In this document: positions 28,067 to 39,380 of the stretch, piece by piece
Layout of the letters: every line of letters begins with the position of its first letter
Position numbering within the stretch: position 1 is the stretch's first letter
Source of the DNA: Ostreococcus lucimarinus
Taxonomy: Eukaryota
Assembly: GCA_000092065.1 (NCBI GenBank)
Contig: CP000601.1
DNA length: 64,000 nt
Direction: 5' to 3' (one strand)
Program-made: the position numbers and the translations under genes
Notes under the pieces: model-generated
What the model was told of the DNA's origin: nothing
Databases searched by the model: none
The model's input: the letters and a program-made list of their open reading frames with translations, nothing else

Positions 28067-30365
28067 ATGACGCGCGGTGACGGCGCGCGCGACGGCGCGT
28101 CGACGCCGCGCGCCATCGGGCGCCTGCCGAGCGACGTCGTCAATCGCGTCGCCGCGGGAGAGGTGCGTCGAGGGCCGGCGCGCGACGGCGCGCGCGATGA
28201 GAGATTGAATGTTTGAACGTCAGCTCGACGACGGACGACGCGAACGCGCGACTGACGACGCGAGACGACGCGACGACCGAACGCGCGCGCAGGTGATCCA
28301 TCGACCGTCGAACGCGCTGAAAGAGCTGGTGGAGAACTCGTTGGACGCGGGCGCGAAGTCGATCGCGGTGACGACGAGGGAGGGCGGGAATAAACTGTTG
28401 CGAGTGCAAGACGACGGACACGGAGTGCGAATAGAGGACTTGCCGCTGCTGTGCGAGCGACACGCGACGAGTAAGATTGAAAAGTTTGAGGATTTAGCGC
28501 GATGCGAGAGCTTTGGGTTTCGAGGAGAGGCGCTGGCGAGCATGAGCTACGTGGCGCACGTGTCGGCGACGACGATGGCGGCGGGGGCGACGCACGCGAC
28601 TCGAGCGACGTATACGGATGGGAAGATGGATGCGGAGGGGGCGAAACCGATCGCGGGGGTGTTAGGAACTACGATTAGCGTGGAGAACTTGTTTTATAAC
28701 GTCGTGACTCGAAGGAAGGCGTTGAAGAGCGCGTCAGAGGAGTACTCGAAAGTGCTCGAGGTGTTGCAGAGGTACGCGGCGTTGCGAACGGATGTGGCGT
28801 TCACGTGTCGGAAGCACGGTGAGTCGCGAGCGACGTTGCACACTCCCGTGGCGCAATCGCGCGTCGAGCGGTTGCAGGCGATTTACGGTCCCACGGTGGC
28901 GAGAGATTTGAAGAAGCTCGACTTCGACAGCGAGCTGTCCAAGAAAAAGTTTGATTTCAAGCTGCAAGTGGACGGTTTAGTGAGCGGTGGGAATTATCAT
29001 TCAAAGAAGACGACGTTCATTTTGTTCATCAATTCGCGTTTAGTGGAGTGCGCGCCGCTCAAGCGCGCGTGTGAGTCGGTGTACGCGGCGATACTCCCCA
29101 AGGCTGAGAAGCCGTTTGTATTCATGCACCTCCGCCTGCCGTTTGAAGACGTCGACGTCAACGTGCATCCCACGAAACAGGAGGTGCACTTTCTGCACCA
29201 AGAAGCCATTGTGGAGTTGATTCAGTCCAAACTAGAGAAGATTCTTCTCGCGACGAATTCGTCGCGAACATTCACCGTGCAAACACTGCTTCCTGGCGCG
29301 GAGAAACTGGCAAAGAAGGATGACGAAAACGACGCCGAGCGAAGCGGCGACAAGGAAAATAGCGAAAAAGCGGACGAACCGCCGGCGTCGCAGGCGAAGA
29401 CGATGCGGACACAGCGCGAACGCGCGGGTGGTGATCACAAGCTCGTTCGCACGGATGCGAATTTAGCAGCGGGGAGTTTGGACGCGTACTTGCAGCGAGC
29501 GATGAATTCCGAGGGACGCGAACACGAGAAAATAGAAGAGGTTCGACGCGCGGTGAGAGAGCGTCGAGGACAGCGCACGGAACCCGAAGACACGTACGTG
29601 TGCGAGTTGACGTCTATTCGCCAGCTTAACACCGAAATCGCCAATCGCGCGCACAAGGAGCTCGGCGACGTGATTAAAAATCACACACTCGTCGGCGCCG
29701 TGGACGCGCGCAAAGGCGTGTGGTTACTTCAGCACCAAACCAAGCTCTTCATGGTGGACGCCGTAAAGCTCACCGAGGAAATGTTCCATCAAATGGCTTT
29801 GAAGAACTTCGCCAACTTTGGGTACCAATCGCTGCAAGATCCCGCGTCTTTGGCCGAACTCGCGCTGTGCGCGCTGGAGGATAAATTCGTCGACGACGAA
29901 GAGTGGGACGCGAGCGATGGCTCCAAGGAGGAAGTCGCAGAGAAAATCGCAGAGATGCTCGTCGAAAAGGCGGACATGCTCAAGGAGTATCTCGGCGTCG
30001 TCATCGACAAGGAACGGCGTCAGATCACCGGAGTGCCGTCGATGCTTCCCGGGTACGCGCCGGAAATCGGCAAACTTCCCGAGTTCGTCCTCGCCCTCGC
30101 CGAAGACGTCGATTGGACGAGTGAAAAAGAGTGCTTCGAAACCTGCGCTCGAGTCATCGGCGCATTTTTCGCCATGGACTGCTCTTTCCACGATCCGAAA
30201 GCCGAAGAAGGCGACGCCGAGTCCGACGCTCGTCGCGTCGCTCGCCTCTGCGTCTTTCCCGCGATGAAGCGCCGTCTCGCCCCGCCTCGTCGTTTCGCCG
30301 ACGACGGCACCGTCATTCAGATCGCGTGCCTCGAGCAGTTGTACAAAATTTTCGAGCGCTGTTAG
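28067..30365 (+). CDS. MLH1: DNA mismatch repair protein MLH1; two exons (28067..28162, 28293..30365)
   Basis: Exon 1 ends ...IGRLPSDVVNRVAAGE and exon 2 starts VIHRPSNALKELVENSLDAGA (GHKL ATPase motif I). Also present are FGFRGEALASMS and the diagnostic C-terminus ...LYKIFERC*. Confidence 0.95.
28163..28292 (+). other. Spliceosomal intron (130 nt, phase 0) in MLH1
   Basis: GAG|GTGCGT donor, ACTGACGA branch-like motif and GCGCAG| acceptor. Removing it restores the conserved AAGEVIHRP junction. Confidence 0.85.
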
Positions 30366-30717
30366 TCGGTCCGCGTCGTCGTCGTCGCCCTCGAACGGCG
30401 TCGGCGTTCCGAATCGTCTCGCGGCGCGTCGCCCGGTCGTAAAGCTTGAAATCGTGAACCAACCAGCCGTTCGATTCAACCGACGCGCGTCGACCGCGCG
30501 CGCCTCGGTCGTCACTCCCGCGCGCGCCACCGGCTCGACGGACGGACCGACGCGACCGACGCGACCGACGCGCGCGTTCGAATCGTGCATGCGCGCCGCG
30601 CGTCTCGTCGCCGCGCGCGTCGCCGCGAGAACGCCGACGTCATCGCGTCGCCTCGCCGCTCGAAAACTCAAAACGACGACCCGCGCGCGCGACGCCGCGA
30701 TCGCCGAGCGAGCGAGC

Positions 30718-32702
30718 ATGACGACGGGCGAACGCTCGAACGCGTCGAAGCTCGCGGCGGTGCGAGAGGCGATGGCGAAGCGAGGGGTGCGAGCGGTCGT
30801 CGTGCCGTCGCAGGATCCGCACTTTAGGCGCGTCGGCGAAGCGAAGGCGAACGAACGAAACGAGGAACGACGACGCGCGCGACGGGAAAGACTGACGAAC
30901 GGGCGAGGGCGTGTTTTTGTGGGGAACGCAGTGAGTACGTGGCGGCGTGCTTCGAGCGACGACGATGGTTGAGCGATTTTACGGGGTCGGCGGGGACGGT
31001 GGTGGTGACGGACGCGGCGGCGTTGTTGTGGACGGATGGACGGTATTTCGTGCAGGCTGAAGACGAGCTGAGCGAGGACTGGACTCTGATGCGAAGTGGG
31101 GTGAAGGATGTGCCGGACGTGAAGAAGTGGTTGTGCGCGGAGGAGGCGGGACTGGCGTTTACCGGAGCCAAGGTGGGCATCGATCCAAACGTGCACTCGG
31201 TGAGCGAGGCGCGAGGTTTGAGAGAAGCGTTGAGCGCGTGCGGGATCGAGTTGATGAGCGTCGAAGAGAACTTGGTAGATTTGGTTTGGAGCGATCGTCC
31301 ACCGTTCCCGAAGACGCCGCTCAGAGTGCACCCGATGGAGTACGCGGGGAAGAGCGTGGCGGAAAAATTGGAAAACCTTCGAGAAAAAATGAAGGAAAAC
31401 GACGCGCAGAAGCTCGTCGTGAGCTCGTTGGATGACGTCATGTGGCTATGCAATGTTCGAGGCGGTGATGCACCGTGTAATCCGGTGACGTTGTCTTACG
31501 TCTTGGTGGGTGAAAACGACGCTTCGTTTTACGTCGACACGGACAAGGCGACGCCTGAAGTCGTGGCGCATCTCGCCGAGGCAAACGTGACGATCAAGCC
31601 GTACGAAGACATGGCCAAAGACGTGTATGCCGCGGCACAGCGCGGTGAGCGACTCTGGATGGACGTCGATAAGGTCTCCATCGCCATGCTCGAACAGGCT
31701 GAAGCCGGAGCCGCCGAAGCGCCCAAGGATGCGAAAAAGGTGAAGACGGAGAGCGCGCCGTCCGCCATCAAGGAGGGCACGTGTCCGGTCCCGATCGCAA
31801 AGGCGGTGAAGAATGAGGCCGAGATGGCCGGTATGGTCGAAGCCCACCTCATGGATGGCGCTGCGATGGCTGAATTCTGGTGCGCGATCGAGCGAGACGT
31901 CGCCGAGGGGCGCGCCATTGACGAGTACGAAGCTGGCGAGAGGGTCTTGGCGTGCCGAGCCAAGCAAAACGGTTTCTTCGAAGAATCGTTCCCGACGATC
32001 GCGGGTGAAGGTCCTCATGGCGCCGTGGTGCACTACCGTGCTTCGAAAAAGAGCGCGAGGGCTATCGGTAAGGACAGCTTATTACTCTGCGACAGCGGCG
32101 GCCAGTACGCGTGTGGCACGACGGATGTCACTCGAACGGTGCACTTCGGAACGCCCACCGCTCATCAAAAGGAGTGCTACACGCGCGTGCTCCAAGGTCA
32201 CATCGCACTCGACCAAATGGTTTTCCCTGTCGGCACGAAAGGTTTCGTTCTCGACGCCTTTGCGCGATCGCACCTGTGGGCCAACGGCTTGGATTACCGT
32301 CACGGCACCGGCCACGGCGTCGGCGCGGCGCTCAACGTGCACGAAGGTCCGCAAGGAATCTCTCCGCGTTTTGGAAACATGACGCCCCTTATGCCAGGAA
32401 TGATCTTGAGCAACGAGCCGGGGTATTACGAAGACGGTGCGTTCGGTATCCGCATCGAGACGCTTCTGCAAGTGAAGGAGGCGAAGACTGCGCACAACTT
32501 CGGAGACACTGGATTTTTATGCTTTGACGTCTTGACGTTGATCCCGATTCAAACGAAACTCATGGACTTGAGCATTATGAGTGAAAAAGAAATCGCGTGG
32601 GTGAACGCGTATCACGAAAAAGTTTGGCAACAAATTTCCCCGCGAGTGTCGGGGGAGACTAAAACGTGGCTCGAACGCGCGTGTGCAAAGATTTCCAAGT
32701 AG
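30718..32702 (+). CDS. Xaa-Pro aminopeptidase (aminopeptidase P, M24B); two exons (30718..30827, 30932..32702)
   Basis: The spliced junction restores SQDPHF|SEYVAACFERRRWLSDFTGSAGTVVVT. M24 metal-site motifs HGTGHGVGAALNVHEGP and SNEPGYYEDGAFGIRIE are present. Confidence 0.9.
30828..30931 (+). other. Spliceosomal intron (104 nt) with an apparent GC-AG boundary in the aminopeptidase P gene
   Basis: Only AG|GCGCGT ... ACTGACGA ... AACGCAG|T joins frame 1 to frame 0 and gives the conserved HFSEY. No in-phase GT donor is available nearby. Confidence 0.7.
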
Positions 32703-32883
32703 GCGGCGTAGATTTACGTGTTTTAATTTGATGTTGAATTCGAGGTTGTTTTCGGCGAAAATTTGAATGCGTCTCTCGTTACAACTTTATTTTAGGATCA
32801 CATTCGTTCGTTGAACACAAAAGTATGGTACGACGTATTTTCTCACTGGGACTCTATACCGCTAAGATCAAGAAGCAAAGGCT

Positions 32884-34287
32884 TTAGATGGCCTTGTACT
32901 CAACCTTGGTGATCTTACCCAACATGACGGCGGTGTTACCGTCCAAGAAAGCGATGCGGGAAAGACCTTCGCACTTCTTGAAGGAGTCGACGACGAGCGG
33001 GTGGACCGGCTCGAAGACGCACTCGGCGACTTCGTTGGACTTCAACGACATCGGGGACTCGAGCTTCTTACCGCCGGTTTCCTTGCCAACCTTGAAGTTG
33101 AGCGCGGTCAACTTGCACGCGGAGCGGCCGCATCGGACGAAACCGATGGGGCTGTAGCCCGCCTTGAGTTCACCCGGAATGTCCAAGGTTTGGATTTGCG
33201 CGGTGAACTCCTTGCACGGGGCGAGGGAGGTGTCCTTCTTGTAGATCATCACGTCACCGGTGCGCGGCATGTTGAGCTTGTCGAGACCCTTGATGTTCAT
33301 ACCGACGTTGTCACCCGGCGCGGCGGCTTCGACGCGCTTGTGGTGCATTTCGACGGTGAACACCTTACCACCGCACGGGTTGGAGGAGGTGTGGGTCGGG
33401 AGGAAGACGACGTCTTCACCCGGCTTGACGAGACCTTGCTCGACGCGACCGGCGAGGACATCACCGACACCCTTGATCTTGTAGACACCGGAAATCGGAA
33501 GGCGCATGGCGGCTTCCGTGTTGCGGTCCGGCTTGTCGACCATGTCGTTGAGGACGTTGAGGAGGCAGTCGATGTGGAACTTCTTGCCGCCGCCCATGTA
33601 GTCTTCGACGTCGACGCCGTTCCACCACGGCATCTTCGCGGACTTGGACAACAAGTTGTCGCCGTTCCAGCCAGAGATCGGGAGGACCGGGACGCTCTTC
33701 TCGACGTAATCCTTCTTCCAGCCGACCTTGATCAACATGTTCTTCATTTCGTTGCGAATTTCTTCGTAACGCTCTTGCTTGTAGCCAGCCATGTCGCAAT
33801 CCATCTTGTTGATGCCGCAAATGAGCTGCTTGACGCCGAGCAAGTTGAGAAGACGCGCGTGCTGGCGCGTTTGGCCTTGGACTTCACCAGCCTTGTGGTT
33901 ACCCTTTTGGATGGCGACCGTGAAGTTACCGTCCGCCGGCACCATGAGAAGCGCCACATCGGCTTGCGCCGCGCCGGAAATCATGTTCTTGATGAAATCG
34001 CGGTGACCCGGGGCGTCGATGATGGTGTAGTGCCACTTGTCCGTGAAGAATTCCTTGGTCGTGCAAGAAATCGTCACACCACGCTCACGCTCTTCCTTTT
34101 GGCGATCCATGTAGAACGCGAACGCGAAAGAAGACTTACCGAGCGCATCGGCTTCGGCGCGAAGCTTTTCGAGTTCGCGCTCCGGGATACCCCCGAGCTC
34201 GAATAACAAGCGACCGGTCGTCGTCGACTTACCGGAATCGACGTGACCGCAGATCACGATGGAAAGATGTTCCTTGCCTTCAGACAT
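32884..34287 (-). CDS. EFL: Elongation factor-like GTPase EFL (EF-1alpha paralogue/replacement)
   Basis: GHVDSGKSTT, DAPGHRDF and NKMD GTPase motifs. EFL-type sequence throughout (MSEGKEHLSIVICGHVDSGKSTTTGRLLFELGGIPERELEKL...). Intronless 467-aa ORF. Confidence 0.9.
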   Translation of the reverse strand: MSEGKEHLSIVICGHVDSGKSTTTGRLLFELGGIPERELEKLRAEADALGKSSFAFAFYMDRQKEERERGVTISCTTKEFFTDKWHYTIIDAPGHRDFIKNMISGAAQADVALLMVPADGNFTVAIQKGNHKAGEVQGQTRQHARLLNLLGVKQLICGINKMDCDMAGYKQERYEEIRNEMKNMLIKVGWKKDYVEKSVPVLPISGWNGDNLLSKSAKMPWWNGVDVEDYMGGGKKFHIDCLLNVLNDMVDKPDRNTEAAMRLPISGVYKIKGVGDVLAGRVEQGLVKPGEDVVFLPTHTSSNPCGGKVFTVEMHHKRVEAAAPGDNVGMNIKGLDKLNMPRTGDVMIYKKDTSLAPCKEFTAQIQTLDIPGELKAGYSPIGFVRCGRSACKLTALNFKVGKETGGKKLESPMSLKSNEVAECVFEPVHPLVVDSFKKCEGLSRIAFLDGNTAVMLGKITKVEYKAI

Positions 34288-34901
34288 TGTGCGTTTATTT
34301 CAACTGTTTCGAGCCACGCGCGCATCGTCAGTCCCCCTTCCTCTCGTCTCGCCTCGTCCCGCGTCCAAACCTCCCGCCATCGCGCCGCCATCGGATCGCG
34401 ATCGTCAACCTCGCCCCCCCCCCTCGCTCGCGACCCTCGCGCGCGTCCCGCGCCGCCCGATCCATCGCGCGCGTATTCCTCCCGATCGTTTCCATCCGCG
34501 ACCGACGCCTCGCGCGTCGCATCGCGGCGTCACCGCGTCCGATCGTCGTCCGCGCGCCGTCCGCGATCGATCGTCGTCCGCGATCGATCGCGCGGCGCCC
34601 GCATCGCCTCGCCCTCGCGTCGTCGCGCGCCCTCGCGCGCGCGCCGCGACGCGCGCGAATATTTCCCACCGCCGCGTCCGTCGATCGCCGTCGCGCGCGC
34701 GTCGTTCGCCGCGCGCGGGCGCACCTTTGACCGTCGAAGAATGGCGCCGCCGCCGTCCTGGGGTCTTCGCGAGGATGCGTCGACGCGTGCGTTTCGTCGA
34801 CGGTTCATGACTCAAGAGTATGTGTCTTCGTATGGGTAAACAGTGTGAGTATCAGCAGAACGCCGCCCAGCCTCGACGGCCCGCGCGGCGGACGCCGCAG
34901 C

Positions 34902-35894
34902 ATGGCGCGCGCGCGCGCCGACGCGCGCGACGCGCGCGCGAGCGATTGGCGCGCGTTCGTCGCCGGCGTCGCGGGCGGCGCGTCGAGCACGCTCGCGCTG
35001 CACCCGCTCGACGTCGTGAAGACGCGGCTGCAGGTGCAGGACGACCCGGACGCGCGACGCGCGCGGTACGCGGGCGCGTGGCGAGGCGCGCGACGGATCG
35101 TCGCCGAGGAAGGCGCGCGCGGGATCTACGCGGGCGCCGCGCCGGCGATCGTCGGGAGCGCGGTGAGCTGGGGGGCGTATTTCGCGTGGTACGACGGCGC
35201 GCGGGCGCGGTACGCGGACGCGCTCGGACGAGAGCGAAACGGGGCGCTGCCGGCGGGCGCGAACATGATGGCGGCCACGGAGGCGGGGGTGGTGACGACG
35301 GTGCTGACGAACCCGATTTGGGTGGTGAAGACGCGGTTGCAGTTGCAGAGAGGAGGAGGATTAGGGGACGCGGCGAGCGAAGCGGCGAAGAGCGGCGAAA
35401 AGCGATACGCGGGATTCGTCGACGCGTTGGCGACGATCGCGCGAAAGGAAGGGTTGAGAGGGTTATACAAGGGACTCGTGCCGTCGATATGGCTCGTCTC
35501 GCACGGTTCGATACAGTTGACGGCGTACGAGTGGTTGAAGGAAATCGCGGCGAGCGGCAGAGCGAGACGCGCGCGAGGGGGCGCGGCGGACGTCGCCCCG
35601 GTCGAGGCTGGCGCCCTGGGCTTGGCGTCGAAATTCATCGCCGTGACCGCGACTTATCCAATTCAAGTCGTGCGCGCGCGCATTCAACAGCGCTCGGACG
35701 TCGGTAGACCCGCGGACGCCCCGACGTACGCGCGCTTCGGCGAAGCCGTCTCGCGCACCTTCGCTCGCGAGGGCGTTCGCGGCTTCTACAAGGGCTTCGC
35801 CCCCAACGTCGTTCGCGTGTTACCGAGTTCGGCCATCACGTTCGCCGCGTACGAGGGCGTTTTAGGCGTATTAAACGACGATCCCGTCGCGTAG
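34902..35894 (+). CDS. Mitochondrial carrier family protein (folate/FAD transporter-like, SLC25A32-type)
   Basis: Three carrier repeats: HPLDVVKTRLQVQ, TNPIWVVKTRLQLQ and TYPIQVVRARIQQR. Confidence 0.8.
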   Translation: MARARADARDARASDWRAFVAGVAGGASSTLALHPLDVVKTRLQVQDDPDARRARYAGAWRGARRIVAEEGARGIYAGAAPAIVGSAVSWGAYFAWYDGARARYADALGRERNGALPAGANMMAATEAGVVTTVLTNPIWVVKTRLQLQRGGGLGDAASEAAKSGEKRYAGFVDALATIARKEGLRGLYKGLVPSIWLVSHGSIQLTAYEWLKEIAASGRARRARGGAADVAPVEAGALGLASKFIAVTATYPIQVVRARIQQRSDVGRPADAPTYARFGEAVSRTFAREGVRGFYKGFAPNVVRVLPSSAITFAAYEGVLGVLNDDPVA

Positions 35895-35920
35895 CGTAGC
35901 GTAGCGTAGCGTAGCGTAGC
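35891..35920. repeat. (GTAGC)6 pentanucleotide microsatellite overlapping the carrier gene stop codon
   Basis: Six perfect units. The TAG stop at 35892-35894 lies in the first unit. Confidence 0.9.
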
Positions 35921-36003
35921 CGTTTGCAACGCGTCCTCGCGCGAGGGCGCCTCGAAACGACGATTGGCTTCGCCGACCGACGCCTCGCGCACTTCGCGAC
36001 GCG

Positions 36004-37260
36004 ATGTCGCGCGCGCCCGACGTCGCGAGCGAGCGACGCGACGCGTCGCGCGTGTCCATGCCGTTCGCGCCCGGCGCGATCCCGCGAAGCGAGAGCTACG
36101 ACGCGTTCGTCGCGTCGGTGCCCGACTCGCGCGCGTCGCCGGTGAAATCGCTCGCGCGCGCGCGCGATGCCTCCGCGAGCGCGACGACGGGCGACGACGA
36201 GCGACCGCGCGTGATGCTGCTCCACTGCGGCGGCACGCTCGGGATGGGGGTGGAGTCGTTCGAGCTGCGAGAGGCGGACGTCGTCCCGCGCGCGGGTGGC
36301 AAGTACAGACCGCTGGGGGCGTCGAAATATCTGTTGGACGTGCAGGAGGTGATACCCGAGCTGCGAGATTTCGCGCGGCTGGACGTGGAGGTGTTGATGA
36401 ATAAAGACTCGAGCGAGATGGACGGAAAGGATTGGGTGACGCTCGCGCGGGCGCTGCACGAGAGGAGGGAGGAGTACTCGGCGTTCGTCGTGGCGCACGG
36501 AACGGATACGATGGCGTACGCGGCGAGCGCGCTGTCGTTGATGCTGGTTGGGTTCGGAAAGCCGATCGTGTTGACGGGCTCGCAGTTGCCTCTGTCGTTC
36601 GCGCGATCGGACGCGCGCCAAAATTTGATTGACGCCCTGACGTGCTGTTGCGCGAGTCGAAGCTGCGGAGGTACCGTGGATTTCGCGGAGGTGGCGATTT
36701 GTTTCGGCGGTAAGCTTTTACGCGGGAATCGCGCGTCAAAGACGAGCGCGACGGTGTACGCGGCGTTTAGTTCACCTTCGTATCCAGCGCTCGCGAGATT
36801 AGGAGTGGGGGTCGATTGGAACCACGCGCGTTTGTTACGGCCGGCGCCAGAGTACGCGCCGCAATTTGAGTTGAATTCGAACGTCATACGCGTCCCGGTG
36901 ATTCCTGGCTTAGACATCGAAAAGGCGTACGGCGATTTGTACGGTCGAGGCGTGCGAGGCATCATCTTGGAAGCGTTCGGCGTGGGAAACTTCCCGCAGA
37001 GCCTCGTCCCTTGGCTCACCAGCCAAGCGTCGCGCGGATTGCAAATCTACCTATCGACGCAGTGTCAAAGCGGCGAATTACGACCGGAGCTCTACGCCGC
37101 CGGTCTCGGCGCGTTAGCCGTAGGGGCCAAATCTGGCCCGGTCATGACCAGCGAGTGCGCCGTGGTCAAAATGATGCTCCACATCGCGAATCCCGAGCTC
37201 GAGCTCCACGTATCGTACTCTGGCGAAGCCGGCGACGTCGATTTTTGCGACATCAAGTGA
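36004..37260 (+). CDS. L-asparaginase, type I (bacterial AnsA / 60-kDa lysophospholipase N-domain type)
   Basis: LLHCGGTLGM (catalytic Thr motif), VVAHGTDTMAY and KPIVLTGSQLPL. Confidence 0.85.
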   Translation: MSRAPDVASERRDASRVSMPFAPGAIPRSESYDAFVASVPDSRASPVKSLARARDASASATTGDDERPRVMLLHCGGTLGMGVESFELREADVVPRAGGKYRPLGASKYLLDVQEVIPELRDFARLDVEVLMNKDSSEMDGKDWVTLARALHERREEYSAFVVAHGTDTMAYAASALSLMLVGFGKPIVLTGSQLPLSFARSDARQNLIDALTCCCASRSCGGTVDFAEVAICFGGKLLRGNRASKTSATVYAAFSSPSYPALARLGVGVDWNHARLLRPAPEYAPQFELNSNVIRVPVIPGLDIEKAYGDLYGRGVRGIILEAFGVGNFPQSLVPWLTSQASRGLQIYLSTQCQSGELRPELYAAGLGALAVGAKSGPVMTSECAVVKMMLHIANPELELHVSYSGEAGDVDFCDIK

Positions 37261-37518
37261 CCGCTCGCGCCTCGTTCCACGCACTATCCAAACCTAAAAG
37301 TAGCCCTTTTAATTTTAGCCACCGCGCGCCGAATCGACCGACCGCGCCGGCGTCGGGGCCACGGTCAAAATCGCGAACCGCCGCTGGACTCGCGAATGGC
37401 GACTTTGGATGGATGACTTTGGTCGGCATCAGATCGCGACGCGTCCACGACGCACGCGCGCATCGATCTCCCTTTGGACGCGCACACGCGCGCGTGAACG
37501 TGATCCCACGCCGTCGCG

Positions 37519-39286
37519 ATGTCGCTCAAGTCCATCAACCCCAACGCCGAGCTCATGAACGCCGATGCCGCGCTGTTCATGAACATCAACGCCGCCAAGG
37601 GTCTCCAAGACGTGATGAAGACGAATTTAGGCCCGAAAGGGACGATCAAGATGCTCGTCGACGGTGCTGGAGGTGCGTGTACGATCGTTTCGTCGATACA
37701 TCGCGGTTTCGCGCGTCACGGCGGCGCGTGAGAGATGCGCGGTGACGGTGATCTGTTGGATTTCGCGCGAACGCGGCGCGGCGTTGACTCTGTTGACCGA
37801 ACGACTGACGGCGATGTTGAAATCGATGTGCGTAGGTTTGAAGCTCACGAAGGATGGGAACGTGCTGCTGAGAGAGATGCAGATTCAAAACCCGACGGCG
37901 ATCATGATCGCGAGGACGGCGGTGGCGCAGGATGATATCACCGGGGACGGGACGACGACGACGGTGCTCGTCATCGGAGAGTTGTTGAAGCAAGCGGAGC
38001 GGTATTTGAATGAGGGTTTGCATCCGAGAGTGATCGTGGAGGGATTCGATGTGGCGAAACGCGAGTCGCTGAAGTTTTTGGAAACGTTCAAGCGCGCGGC
38101 GCCGGGTGTGGAAGCGCCGGATCGAGAAATGTTGTTGTGCGTGGCGCGCACGGCGTTGCGAACAAAGTTGCGGGAAGAGTTGGCTGATAAGTTGACGACG
38201 ATCGTCGTCGACGCTGTGTTGTGCATCGCCAAACCGGAAGAGTCGATCGATTTGCACATGGTGGAGATCATGACCATGAAGCATCAGACGGATGACGAAA
38301 CCAAATTGATTCAGGGTTTGGTCCTCGACCACGGGGCGAGACATCCGGATATGAAGAGATACGTGGAGGACGCGTTCGTGTTGACGTGTAACATCAGCCT
38401 GGAATACGAACGATCGGAGGTGAACTCGACGTTCATGTACACCGATGCGGAACAGCGCGAGAAGATGGTCGCCGCCGAGCGCGCGTACACCGATGAAACC
38501 GTGCGCAAGGTGATCGCGCTCAAGAAGCAGGTGTGCGACGGCAACGACAAGGGTTTCGTCGTCATCACACAAAAGGGGATCGACCCAATCTCTCTGGACA
38601 TGCTCTGTAAGGAAGGCATTATGGGACTTCGTCGCGCCAAGCGCCGAAACATGGAGCGTCTCGTCCTCGCATGTGGTGGTCAATGCATCAACTCTGTTGA
38701 GGAACTCTCGCCGGAAATTTTGGGCCACGCCGGCGAAGTGTACGAGTACGTCTTGGGCGAGGAAAAGTACACTTTTGTGGAAAAAGTCGTCAACCCGACG
38801 TCGTGCACGGTACTTTTAAAAGGCTCGAACGATCACACCATCGCACAGCTCAAGGATGCGGTGCGAGATGGCTTGCGGGCGGTGAAGAATGTGTTGACCG
38901 ACAAGGCCGTGGTTCCGGGCGCGGGTGCGTTTGAGATGGCCTTGAACAAGCACTTGAAGGAGAACGTCACCAAGATGGTCGAAGGTCGCGCGAAACGCGG
39001 CGTCGAGGCGTTTGCGGAAGCCATGCTCGTGGTCCCGAAGACACTCGCGGAGAACAGCGGTTACGATCCGCAAGACGCCATCATCGACATGCAAGAGGAG
39101 CACGACAGAGGCAACGTCGTCGGTTTCGATATCAGCATCGGCGAGCCCTTCGACCCCACCATGAGTGGTATCTACGACAACTTTCTCGTCAAACAGCAAA
39201 TTCTGCACTCTGCGCCCATCATCGCCACGCAGTTACTCTGCACGGATGAGGTTCTCAGAGCGGGCGTGAACATGCGCAAGCGATGA
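37519..39286 (+). CDS. CCT6: T-complex protein 1 subunit zeta (CCT6); two exons (37519..37672, 37836..39286)
   Basis: The junction gives KMLVDGAG|[22 protein letters not shown], followed by [34 protein letters not shown]. It closely parallels CCT zeta. Confidence 0.95.
37673..37835 (+). other. Spliceosomal intron (163 nt, phase 1) in CCT6
   Basis: GAG|GTGCGT donor, ACTGACGG branch-like motif and GTGCGTAG| acceptor. The frames of the two ORF segments are reconciled. Confidence 0.9.
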
Positions 39287-39380
39287 TCGACGCGAGTCAG
39301 AAACTTATAGAATTTAGTGGTGGTGCGTACGCACGTACGTAGTAGCAGCGTGTGTGAATCTACAAGGAAAGAATTGCTAA

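Noticed and set aside
26883-28070. 395-aa plus-strand ORF overlapping the 27015-27992 minus-strand gene
   Set aside because: The plus-strand translation is monotonous R/L/V/H. The minus-strand C-terminal region has normal composition, so I annotated the minus strand, though only at moderate confidence.
29724-31331. 535-aa minus-strand ORF spanning the MLH1 3' end and the aminopeptidase P 5' end
   Set aside because: It crosses an intergenic region and two well-supported plus-strand genes, and its composition is Arg/Ala/Pro-biased. It is a GC artefact.
33001-34206. 401-aa plus-strand ORF antisense to EFL
   Set aside because: It mirrors the EFL coding frame and is rich in V/D/L/R/H repeats with no domain. 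EFL on the minus strand is unambiguous.
27423-35920. Short tandem repeats (GTCACC)5 at 27423 and (GTAGC)6 at 35891, considered as possible CRISPR-like or regulatory arrays
   Set aside because: These are simple microsatellites with no spacers. One is coding ((GD)n) and one sits at a stop codon/3' UTR. No CRISPR arrays or prokaryotic defence-type gene clusters are present, and the window is eukaryotic.
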